From positions 1-42,759 of the forward strand of contig JBGSIV010000004.1 in NCBI GenBank assembly GCA_041742355.1: a stretch of 42,759 nt of DNA, given 5' to 3'. Below the pieces are notes generated by a model. That model did no database searches. It worked only from the letters and a program-made list of their open reading frames with translations, and had not been told where the DNA came from. Source of the stretch: Candidatus Zixiibacteriota bacterium (GTDB lineage Bacteria; Zixibacteria; MSB-5A5; GN15; FEB-12). The translations under genes and the position numbers were made by a program. Shown in pieces: positions 26,610 through 34,598 of this stretch; positions within the stretch are counted from its first letter, which is position 1; each line of letters opens with the position of its first letter.

Positions 26610-28230
26610 ACTCATCGCGCCGAGCAAGGATCTCGGATACAGCGACATGTATCTTGATTTTGTGTCGGGCCTACCTAAGGCCCGGCACTTTTATGCATTG
26701 GACAGTATTCAGGATGTCGCTGCCCGGCTGGACGGTATCCGTTTCGAGCGGGATCGGCTGGCCGATATCCTGCGGAAGAAAAATATCGCCTGGGGGGCGG
26801 GGGAGAGGACGCTGGCGAACATCGAGGCGCTTCGGGATCCCCGGACGGTGTGTGTTTTCGCCGGACAGCAGCCGGGGATGTTGACCGGACCAATGCTGGT
26901 GGTCCTTAAGGCCCTGGGAATCATCAAGGCGGCCGAACGCTACTGCCGCGAACTGGATCGTCCGGTGGTGCCAGTATTCTGGGTCGCCGGCGACGACCAC
27001 GATTTTGCCGAGGCCAATCACACGTATCTCCTGGATCGCAAGACCTCCGAGCCGGTGAAAGTCGCCTATGTTGCGGCGCCGTCGAGACCGATTCCGACCG
27101 CGTCGATTCAATTCGATAATGTCGAAGCGCTGGAAAATTTCAAGTCGGCGGTCCGGGATGCCTTGGGGGAGAGCGATTTCACCGAAGAGCTGTATGCAAC
27201 GATCGACCGGTGTTACACTCCCGGGGACACACTTGTCACCGGTTTCGCCAAATTCCTCACGGAACTGGTCGGGCGGTATGGACTGGTCGTTTTTTCGCCG
27301 GGCGATCCGGCGGTCAAGAGACTGGCCACGCCGTTCCTGGTTGAGATTGTCGAAAAGCAGGAAGAGCTTCACCGCCACATTTCGCAGGCGAACTCCCGGT
27401 TGACCAGTGAAGGGTACCACGTGCAGGTCGAGAAGAAGGACCGTGCGGCCTACCTGTTCTGCGATATCGAGGGCCGGACGCCGGTGATGCGGGAGGCCGA
27501 CGGCGCGTTTAGTGTTGGGGGGCGACGGTTCTCTCCCGACGAATTGAAGGATTTCATCCGACGCGAGCCGGAACGGTTTTCGCCTGATGTGATGACCCGC
27601 CCGGTCATGCAGTCCTGGCTCTTTCCTGTGTTGTCCCAAAAGGGAGGGCCGTCGGAGATAGCTTATCTGGCCCAAATTGACTCGATCTTTCCGGTGTTTG
27701 GGCGGGTGGCGCCATACCAGGCGGCGCGGCCGAGTGCGACACTTATTGAGAAGCATAACGAAAAGATCATGGAGCAGTACGGGATCAGCTTCACCGATCT
27801 GGCCGGGGATATCGAGCAGGTAGTCAACCGGGTGCTGGCCGAGTCATTCCCGCAGGATATCGAACAGCAGGCGGCCGAACTGCGCTGGAACATCGAGGAG
27901 CAGTTCAACCGGTTCGCGGAGCGGTCGCTGCAGTTTGACAAGCAGCTTGAATCGGTTGCCAATACAACCCAGGGCAAGATTGATTTCCAGCTTAAGCAGT
28001 TCGAAGCAAAGGTGTTCGCCGCGCACAAACGGCGGTCCAGCGAAACGCGGGACCGAATATACCGCCTGTACCACGCGCTCTATACCAATCGGGGACTCCA
28101 GGAACGGTCGCTCAACGTGGCCTATTTCCTTGCTAAATATGGTTTCGGTTTTATCACCTTTGCTTACGACCGCCTTGACAGCGAGGAAAAAGCGCACCAG
28201 CTTATTCTGTTGTCAGAATACAGGAGCTAA
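26602..28230 (+). CDS. bshC: Bacillithiol biosynthesis cysteine-adding enzyme BshC (542 aa)
   Basis: GTG start overlaps the RND gene end, with GAGGA upstream. AGQQPGMLTGP, PVFWVAGDDHDFAE, FSPDVMTRPVMQ..LFP, GGPSEIAYLAQ, LQER; adjacent to bshA and bshB1. Confidence 0.92.
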   Translation: MDRLIAPSKDLGYSDMYLDFVSGLPKARHFYALDSIQDVAARLDGIRFERDRLADILRKKNIAWGAGERTLANIEALRDPRTVCVFAGQQPGMLTGPMLVVLKALGIIKAAERYCRELDRPVVPVFWVAGDDHDFAEANHTYLLDRKTSEPVKVAYVAAPSRPIPTASIQFDNVEALENFKSAVRDALGESDFTEELYATIDRCYTPGDTLVTGFAKFLTELVGRYGLVVFSPGDPAVKRLATPFLVEIVEKQEELHRHISQANSRLTSEGYHVQVEKKDRAAYLFCDIEGRTPVMREADGAFSVGGRRFSPDELKDFIRREPERFSPDVMTRPVMQSWLFPVLSQKGGPSEIAYLAQIDSIFPVFGRVAPYQAARPSATLIEKHNEKIMEQYGISFTDLAGDIEQVVNRVLAESFPQDIEQQAAELRWNIEEQFNRFAERSLQFDKQLESVANTTQGKIDFQLKQFEAKVFAAHKRRSSETRDRIYRLYHALYTNRGLQERSLNVAYFLAKYGFGFITFAYDRLDSEEKAHQLILLSEYRS

Positions 28231-28233
28231 CGC

Positions 28234-29364
28234 ATGGTCATCGGAATCACCTGCTATCCGGTCGCCGGGGGATCGGGCATAGTCGCCACCGAACTCGGCC
28301 AGCAACTGGCCGCCAACGGCCACCACGTGCACTTTGTCTCGTACGCCATCCCCTTCCGCCTCGATCGCTACCAGGCGAATGTCTATTACCACGGGGTGGA
28401 AACGACGGCGTACCCGCTGTTCAAGTCGCCGCCGTACTCTCTCACGCTGGCCGCGAAGATGGCGGAGGTAACGCGGAATTTTAACCTCGATATCCTCCAC
28501 ATGCACTACGCCATACCGCACGCCACCTCGGCCTATTTGGCGAAACAGATGCTCCTGGCCAACGGCGACAAAGCCCCGAAGATCATCACGACGCTCCATG
28601 GCACCGATATCACGTTGGTCGGTTCGGATCCGTCGTTCTACGATATCACGCGCTTCTCGATCATGGCGTCCGACGGCCTCACGGCGGTATCGAAATATCT
28701 CGCCGACGAAACCGAGGAGGTGTTCAAGGTTGGCAAGGAGATCCGGGTGATTCACAATTTCGTCGACCAGAAGCGGTTCAAGCCATCCATTGGAGATTGC
28801 CTACGGTCGCAGTTCGCCCAACCCGACGAGTTTCTCATCGCCCATGTCTCGAATTTCCGGCCGGTGAAGCGCATTCTCGATGTGGTTGATACTTTCTCGA
28901 AAATCTCATCTGAACTGCCGGCCAAACTGGTGCTGATCGGGGAGGGGCCCGACACGGTCCTTGCGCGGAGGCAGATCAGCAAGCGGGATCTCAATGACAA
29001 AGTCATCTTCCTCGGCAACCAGAGCCGGGTGGAGGCGGTGTTGCCGTGCTGTGACCTCTTTCTGATTCCGTCGGAGGAAGAATCATTCGGGCTGGCCGCG
29101 CTGGAGGCGATGGCCTGCGGGGTGCCGGTGATCGGCACCACCGGGACCGGGTTGGTCGAAGTCGTGGATGATTACCGCGATGGATTCCTGCTGCCGGTAG
29201 GGGACACGACCTCGATGGCGCGGGCGGCAGTGTCGCTGCTGCGAAATGCCGACCGCCTGAACGAGTTCAAGCGCAACGCAGTGGAGAGCGCCACCCGAAA
29301 GTTCGGTGCCGAACGGATTATCGGGCAGTACGAGAAGTACTACGAGGAGGTCCTCAATGGCTGA
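28234..29364 (+). CDS. bshA: N-acetyl-alpha-D-glucosaminyl L-malate synthase BshA (GT4; 376 aa)
   Basis: IGITCYP..GGSGIVATELG, YPLF..PPY, LHMHYAIPHA, TTLHGTDITLVG, HVSNFRPVKR, ESFGLAALEAMACGVP. Confidence 0.96.
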   Translation: MVIGITCYPVAGGSGIVATELGQQLAANGHHVHFVSYAIPFRLDRYQANVYYHGVETTAYPLFKSPPYSLTLAAKMAEVTRNFNLDILHMHYAIPHATSAYLAKQMLLANGDKAPKIITTLHGTDITLVGSDPSFYDITRFSIMASDGLTAVSKYLADETEEVFKVGKEIRVIHNFVDQKRFKPSIGDCLRSQFAQPDEFLIAHVSNFRPVKRILDVVDTFSKISSELPAKLVLIGEGPDTVLARRQISKRDLNDKVIFLGNQSRVEAVLPCCDLFLIPSEEESFGLAALEAMACGVPVIGTTGTGLVEVVDDYRDGFLLPVGDTTSMARAAVSLLRNADRLNEFKRNAVESATRKFGAERIIGQYEKYYEEVLNG

Positions 29365-30079
29365 GGGGCTTACGCTCGATGTGCTGTCGATCGCGGCGCA
29401 CCCGGATGACACCGAGATCACCTGCGGAGGAACGCTGGTTCGTCTGGCCGCGGCGGGGCGACGGACAGGGGCATTGGATCTGGCGCGGGGAGAGGCCGGG
29501 ACATACGGTACCGAGCTTGACCGCGACGCTGAGGCGGAAGCCGCGGGGAAGGTCATGGGCCTTGCCTGGCGAGGGAACGCCGGGATGCCCGACGCCGCGA
29601 TCGAATTCAATCAGCCCAACAAGCTGGTAATCGCGCAGTATATTCGGGATCTGCGGCCGGAACTGGTGATCCTGCCCCACTGGGAACAGCGGCACCCGGA
29701 TCATTTGGCGGCCTGTCGCCTCGGGTACGACGCCTGTTTTCTGGCCGGCCTGAAGAAAATCAACCTGCAGGGGGAGCCGCACCGCCCGCGAAAGATTATC
29801 TACTGCTCGTACTATCGGAACCGCGAGTTCTCGTTCCTCGTCGACATTTCGGAGTATTTCGAGAAGAAGTGCGCGGCGGTGGCGGCGTACAAGTCACAGT
29901 TTCAGGACACCGATATCGCGAAGAACATCTTCCATCCCGGCGTGACCGTATTCGACCTGATGCGGGATCGGGGAGCGAACCTCGGGCACATGATCGGCGT
30001 GCGGTATGCCGAGGCGTTCACGGTGAAGGAGCCGATTCGGATCGATGACCCGCTGAATATGCCGGTGCGGTCGATCTGA
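29357..30079 (+). CDS. bshB1: Bacillithiol biosynthesis deacetylase BshB1 (PIG-L family; 240 aa)
   Basis: GAGGAGG RBS before ATG 29357. AAHPDDTEITCGGT, DL.RGE.GT.GT, RHPDH, AYKSQF, GVRYAEAF; operonic with bshA and bshC. Confidence 0.93.
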   Translation: MAEGLTLDVLSIAAHPDDTEITCGGTLVRLAAAGRRTGALDLARGEAGTYGTELDRDAEAEAAGKVMGLAWRGNAGMPDAAIEFNQPNKLVIAQYIRDLRPELVILPHWEQRHPDHLAACRLGYDACFLAGLKKINLQGEPHRPRKIIYCSYYRNREFSFLVDISEYFEKKCAAVAAYKSQFQDTDIAKNIFHPGVTVFDLMRDRGANLGHMIGVRYAEAFTVKEPIRIDDPLNMPVRSI

Positions 30080-30085
30080 GGAGGC

Positions 30086-30664
30086 TCAGGCATCGATTTG
30101 ACCGGCCTCCACCCGCCCGCTCTCTCGCAGAACGCTCAATATCTGCCGCGCCTCCGTCGTCGTCAGTCCCACGCCAAATCGGACCGGTTTCAAACCATAA
30201 TCAAACAGAATCAGCCCCTGTTCGCCGCGCCAGCGGAGCGGGTTGCGACGGTGACGGCCATCGAGCACGCGCAGGCCGGTGGTGTCGACCCGAAAGTGAC
30301 GGGCTTTGGACAAGTCGAACCTCCTTCGGCAACCGAGGGGGATCGGGCGGCGCGAGATAGTCAGCGAGTTTTCGCGGAAAGTGATTACCTCACTGCCGAT
30401 CGCAAAGCGGGAGTAGGCCCACAGCACAGGGATGCCGACACCGAGCCAGCCGACATGGACAAAGGCGGGGCCGAGGAACCGCTTGCCCATGACCAGGGCG
30501 GCGAGGGAGAACCCGGCTCCAAGAACCCAGATGATCAGGAGGGCGGTGAGGTGGAGCTTCGATTGCTGAGAAGTGGCGAGGGGATTGATGATGCGCAGGT
30601 GGGTGTTCCCCTGCTCGATCGTGGGGCGGAAGGGGGGTTGGTCATCGGCGCGCAAGTCGGTCAT
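30086..30664 (-). CDS. Hypothetical membrane protein (2 TM helices plus soluble C-terminal domain; 192 aa), downstream of selC
   Basis: GGAG RBS then ATG at 30664, 20 nt after the tRNA CCA end. Two hydrophobic helices, then GSEVITF...ILFDYG..VRFG.GL...EA..IL. The longer 30817 start in the ORF track would run through the tRNA. Confidence 0.7.
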   Translation of the reverse strand: MTDLRADDQPPFRPTIEQGNTHLRIINPLATSQQSKLHLTALLIIWVLGAGFSLAALVMGKRFLGPAFVHVGWLGVGIPVLWAYSRFAIGSEVITFRENSLTISRRPIPLGCRRRFDLSKARHFRVDTTGLRVLDGRHRRNPLRWRGEQGLILFDYGLKPVRFGVGLTTTEARQILSVLRESGRVEAGQIDA

Positions 30665-30684
30665 TAAGACTCCACAGAGATATA

Positions 30685-30781
30685 TGGCGGAAGGGGTGGG
30701 AATCGAACCCACCAGGGACAGTACGACTGCCCCCCTCACGGCTTTGAAGGCCGGGACCGCCACCAGACGGCATCCGCTTCC
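30685..30781 (-). tRNA. selC: tRNA-Sec (anticodon UCA), 97 nt, CCA encoded
   Basis: Reverse complement: GGAAGCGG AT GCCGTC-TGGT-GGCGGT CCCGGC-CTTCAAA-GCCGTG, long variable arm GGGGGCAGT-CGT-ACTGTCCCT, GTGGG-TTCGATT-CCCAC CCCTTCC G CCA. It has a 6-bp D stem with 4-nt loop, UCA anticodon and G discriminator; selA and selB are in the same window. Confidence 0.97.
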
Positions 30782-30788
30782 AAGGGCG

Positions 30789-30817
30789 AGTATACGGTTT
30801 TTGGCCCGAAAGCGCAA
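30789..30817 (-). promoter_or_regulatory. Sigma70-type promoter of selC
   Basis: On the - strand: TTGCGC (30817-30812) - 17 bp - TATACT (30794-30789), then 7 nt to G1 of the tRNA. Confidence 0.75.
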
Positions 30818-30922
30818 TCCTGTCTCCGATTGTCCGTCAGCGGCTGTCGAACCGGTGGAAATGGGCGCTGCCGAGGTGTATAAACGCCGGCGGCTCCGAA
30901 ACCGGTCCGCCGAGAATTATGA

Positions 30923-30951
30923 TTGACGCGGTAATTACAAACAGGCACCCT
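30923..30951 (+). promoter_or_regulatory. Possible sigma70 promoter of recG (leaderless geometry)
   Basis: TTGACG (30923-30928) - 17 bp - CACCCT (weak -10) - 6 nt - ATG 30958. Confidence 0.5.
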
Positions 30952-30957
30952 TACGCC

Positions 30958-33045
30958 ATGGCGGAACTGAAGCTCGATTCCCCCCTCCAGTATCTCAAGG
31001 GGGTCGGCCCGCAGAAAGCGGCGGCCTTCGAGAAAGCAGGACTGTCGACTGTCCAGGACCTCCTGTTCTACCTGCCACGCGCCTACCTCGACCGCACCAG
31101 TGTGACGCCTATCCGCGATGTCAAGGTCGACCAGTCGGCGACCATTGTTGGGCAGGTCAAGGCCCACGGCATGCTCCACGGCAAGCGCCGCCGCTACGAG
31201 GTGATCCTGCAGGACGACACCGGGGCTATCCCGCTATTGTGGTTCCAGGGGCTCCGATTCTGGGAACGGCTCTTCAAAAAAGGGATGTGGTTCGCCGCCA
31301 CTGGCACGGTTAGCTATTTCCAGGGCTACCAGATGGTCCACCCGGATCTCGAACGTCTCGGTGACGAGGGGGACCAGATGATCCACGCCGGACGGATAAT
31401 CCCGGTCTATCCCCAAACGGCCGAATTGATCAAGGCAGGTCTTTCGAGCAAGACGATCCGCCGCCTCACCACGTTTGTTCTGGAAAACTTGAAAGACCGG
31501 ATCGAGGATCCGCTGCCGGTGTCCGAGGCCGAGCGCTTCGCGCTGCCGGACCGTCATAAAGCAATCTGCAAGATCCACTACCCTGATGATCGCGCGCAGG
31601 TGGAGGCATGCCGCCGTCGGATGGCGTTCGATGAACTGCTGGAGTTGCAGTACCTCGTGCTCCGATCGCGGCAGGAGAAGACGGCCGCGCGGAAGGGGCA
31701 CTCCTATGCAGCGCCGGGAGAGCGTCTCCGGGTGTTCAAGGAGAGGCTTGCGTTTGAACTGACCAGCGGGCAGAAAAAGGTCGTCAAGGAGATCTTCGCC
31801 GATCTACAGTCCGAGCACCCGATGTCGCGCCTGCTGCAGGGGGATGTCGGCTGCGGGAAGACGGTGGTGGCGATTATCGCCGCGCTCTATGTCGCGGAGA
31901 ACAACCTGCAGACAGCGTTTATGGCGCCGACGGAGATCCTCGCCGAACAGCACTACCGCAACTGGCGGGAACCTCTGCAGGCGCTCGGAGTGAACAGCGC
32001 CCTGTTGACCGCGAGCACCGGCAAAGCCGAGAAGGAGACGGTCGCGGCGGCCTGCGCCCGGGGCGAAGTGGATATCCTCTTCGGTACGCATGCACTGATT
32101 TACGACTATGTCAGCTTCAGCCGGCTCGGTCTGGTTATTATCGACGAACAGCACCGGTTCGGGGTGAAGCAGCGGGGCAAGCTCTATAAGAAGGGGGAAA
32201 CGCCGGACCTGCTTGTGATGACGGCGACCCCGATCCCGCGCACCCTCGCGCTGACGCTCTATGGCGATCTGAATATCTCGTCTATCGACACAATGCCGCC
32301 GGGACGCAAACCGATACGGACTGTCTGGCGCTATTATAGTGTACGGCAGCGGGTGTATCAGTTCGTGCGCGACGATATCGGACGCGGCGGGCAGGCGTAT
32401 ATTATCTACCCGCTGATTGAGAAGAGCGACCGGGTCGAACTGGAGAATGTCGAGGATGCCTTTGCCGATTTGTCGGCGAATGAATTCGCCGGACTCCGGG
32501 TGGGCATGGTCCACGGAAGGATCAAAGCGAAGGAGCGGGATGATGTCCTTGCCCGCTTCCGCGACCGTCAGCTCGATATTCTGATGGCCACAACCGTGGT
32601 CGAGGTCGGCATCGACAACCCGAACGCGACAGTGATGGTGATCGAGCATGCCGAGCGCTTTGGGCTGGCCCAATTGCACCAGTTGCGGGGGCGGATCGGG
32701 CGGGGGACACGCAAGGCGACGATGGTTGCGCTGGCTCACCCGCCGATATCGGATATTGCGAGGCGACGGCTGGATTACCTGGTGCAGGCGACCGACGGCT
32801 TCAAGGTGGCGGAGGCCGATCTTGAATTGCGCGGCCCGGGGGAGATTTTCGGCGTACGCCAAAGCGGAGTGCCGGAAATGCGGGCGACGCGCCTTTCGGC
32901 CGACGCCGATCTGCTCGAAGGAGCAAGGTCGCTGGTCGAACGACTTATCACTGACACAAAGAGTCTTGACAGCGAGTACGGCCGATTGTATACGTACCTG
33001 CAATCACTGACCGCCGAGCGCATGCTGGCGCCCTTCGGCGGGTAG
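30958..33045 (+). CDS. recG: ATP-dependent DNA helicase RecG (695 aa from ATG 30958)
   Basis: LKGVGP, DLLFYLPRAY.DR, LLQGDVGCGKT, MAPTEILAEQH, IIDEQHRFG, MTATPIPRTL, HAERFGLAQLHQLRGRIGRG, TRG motif DGF.VAE.DL.LRGPGE. Confidence 0.98.
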   Translation: MAELKLDSPLQYLKGVGPQKAAAFEKAGLSTVQDLLFYLPRAYLDRTSVTPIRDVKVDQSATIVGQVKAHGMLHGKRRRYEVILQDDTGAIPLLWFQGLRFWERLFKKGMWFAATGTVSYFQGYQMVHPDLERLGDEGDQMIHAGRIIPVYPQTAELIKAGLSSKTIRRLTTFVLENLKDRIEDPLPVSEAERFALPDRHKAICKIHYPDDRAQVEACRRRMAFDELLELQYLVLRSRQEKTAARKGHSYAAPGERLRVFKERLAFELTSGQKKVVKEIFADLQSEHPMSRLLQGDVGCGKTVVAIIAALYVAENNLQTAFMAPTEILAEQHYRNWREPLQALGVNSALLTASTGKAEKETVAAACARGEVDILFGTHALIYDYVSFSRLGLVIIDEQHRFGVKQRGKLYKKGETPDLLVMTATPIPRTLALTLYGDLNISSIDTMPPGRKPIRTVWRYYSVRQRVYQFVRDDIGRGGQAYIIYPLIEKSDRVELENVEDAFADLSANEFAGLRVGMVHGRIKAKERDDVLARFRDRQLDILMATTVVEVGIDNPNATVMVIEHAERFGLAQLHQLRGRIGRGTRKATMVALAHPPISDIARRRLDYLVQATDGFKVAEADLELRGPGEIFGVRQSGVPEMRATRLSADADLLEGARSLVERLITDTKSLDSEYGRLYTYLQSLTAERMLAPFGG

Positions 33046-33085
33046 GCGGGTTCTCGTGAACGCTACAGAGTAGTTGGAGGATGTC

Positions 33086-33481
33086 ATGGCCGAATCGCCC
33101 CATCAGCCCGATCCCCTCTTCCTGCAGTTGGTGTTGTCCCTCCAGATGGGGGCATGGCAGCAGCTGGGTAAGATTGCCAACCCGATGACCGGAAAGGTCG
33201 AGCGGGATCTCGCGATGGCCAAGATGACGATTGACATGTTGGGGATGATTCAGCAGAAGACATCGGGCAATCTCGATCCTGAGGAAAAACGGATGCTCGA
33301 CCACGCTCTCTACGAACTTCGGCTGAACTACATCGATGAGACCCGCAAAGGGGAGGGTCCGTCGGAATCAGTCAGCAGCAAAGAGGCTTGGTCGGAAGGA
33401 CCGAGCGATGGTGTCGATAGTGAAGCTCAACCGCGGCAGGATGATAGTGGCGAGTCCGACAATTCCAGGAAAGCTGAGTAG
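33086..33481 (+). CDS. DUF1844-family protein with acidic disordered tail (131 aa)
   Basis: GGAGG 33076-33080 before ATG 33086. FLQLVLSL...LGKIANP.TG....DL..AK.TIDML..IQQKT.GNL..EE...L...LYELRLNY. Confidence 0.85.
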   Translation: MAESPHQPDPLFLQLVLSLQMGAWQQLGKIANPMTGKVERDLAMAKMTIDMLGMIQQKTSGNLDPEEKRMLDHALYELRLNYIDETRKGEGPSESVSSKEAWSEGPSDGVDSEAQPRQDDSGESDNSRKAE

Positions 33482-33543
33482 TCCCCCACTTTTACCCGTC
33501 CCGCCGGGAAGGACCGGTGTATAACTAATTGAAGCGCCAACCC

Positions 33544-33561
33544 TTACCAACCGGTCGGAAA
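33544..33561. promoter_or_regulatory. Imperfect palindrome resembling the TetR operator, upstream of the murB promoter
   Basis: TTACCAACCGGTCGGAAA is 14/18 self-complementary and 13/18 identical to 20323-20340. Confidence 0.45.
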
Positions 33562-33572
33562 ACTGATTGTCC

Positions 33573-33601
33573 TTGATTTTAGACTGAGTGACGGATATAT
33601 T
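33573..33601 (+). promoter_or_regulatory. Sigma70-type promoter of murB(-sprA), probably leaderless
   Basis: TTGATT (33573-33578) - 17 bp - TATATT (33596-33601) - 6 nt - ATG 33608; no SD. Confidence 0.7.
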
Positions 33602-33607
33602 CTCTTG

Positions 33608-34561
33608 ATGAACTCTCTGGACAGAACCACGTCTGAATTGCGCCTGAATCGGGCCGAACTGACGCGCCTTTTCGGTGACGGTCTGGAGTTCGATAAGCCG
33701 ATGGCGCAGTTCACCAGTTTCCGCACCGGTGGTCCAGCCGCGCTGTTTCTGCGGGCACGCACCGGTGAAGAAGCGGCACACGCCGTCCTTCAGGCTCAAC
33801 GCCTGGGTTTGCCGTTCTTCCTTCTCGGCGGGGGATCCAACCTCCTGGTTTCCGATCTTGGCTACGACGGCCTGGTGATAAAAATGGATGTTCGCGGTCT
33901 CTCGTGCGTCGATACCACGACGATTGAATGCGGCGCGGGGGAGGATCTGATGGCATTGGTCCGGTACGCGGCCGGGCAAGGGCTGAATGGGATGGAGTTT
34001 GCGGCCGGGATTTGGGGGACAGTTGGCGGGGCTATTTACGGCAATGCCGGCGCATTTGGCGGTGAGATTGGTGATGTCGTTGTCGATCTTACTCTTATCT
34101 CACAGGATGGCAAGATCACGACGGTTGACCGGGACTACTGCCGGTTCGGCTACCGCGATTCTTATCTCAAAGCGAGCCACGAGATTGTGGTCAGCGCCCG
34201 CCTCAGGCTGCAGCCGGGGGATCCTGCGGCGATTGAGAAGAAGATTGAGGAGATCCTGGAACTCCGTGTGGCGAAGCATCCTGATCAACTCACAGCGGGT
34301 TGTTTCTTCAAGAACATCCCGGATCCGAAAGAACCCTACGGCAAACTCCCGGCAGGGCGCCTTCTGGAACAGATCGGTGCGAAGCAGCTCTCGGTTGGCG
34401 GAGCTAAAGTTTTCGAGCGGCACGCCAATATTATTATCAACACCGGCACGGCGTCCGCCGCTGACATTTGCGCCCTTGCGGCGCTGATGAAGCAGAAAGT
34501 CAAAGAACGGTTCGGTATAGAGTTGCAGGAAGAAGTGATCAAGCTTGGCACCTTCAAGTGA
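33608..34561 (+). CDS. murB: UDP-N-acetylmuramate dehydrogenase MurB (317 aa)
   Basis: TSFRTGGPA, LGGGSNLLVSD.G.DG, GMEFAAGIWGTVGGAIYGNAGAFG, FGYRDS, AGCFFKN, HANIIIN, LQEEV. Confidence 0.96.
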   Translation: MNSLDRTTSELRLNRAELTRLFGDGLEFDKPMAQFTSFRTGGPAALFLRARTGEEAAHAVLQAQRLGLPFFLLGGGSNLLVSDLGYDGLVIKMDVRGLSCVDTTTIECGAGEDLMALVRYAAGQGLNGMEFAAGIWGTVGGAIYGNAGAFGGEIGDVVVDLTLISQDGKITTVDRDYCRFGYRDSYLKASHEIVVSARLRLQPGDPAAIEKKIEEILELRVAKHPDQLTAGCFFKNIPDPKEPYGKLPAGRLLEQIGAKQLSVGGAKVFERHANIIINTGTASAADICALAALMKQKVKERFGIELQEEVIKLGTFK

Positions 34562-34598
34562 GAGGAGACGGCGTATCGAGTAGTTTGTAACTATTGCA

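Noticed and set aside
30098..30667. 189-aa + strand ORF as an independent gene
   Set aside because: TTG start with no convincingly spaced RBS; it mirrors the - strand membrane-protein gene, which has an RBS, ATG and TM helices.
30080..30700. Genomic island integrated at selC
   Set aside because: No integrase, no duplicated tRNA 3' end and no obvious compositional shift.
30665..30817. N-terminal extension of the - strand ORF to 30817
   Set aside because: It would run through the tRNA-Sec gene and its promoter; ATG 30664 has its own RBS.
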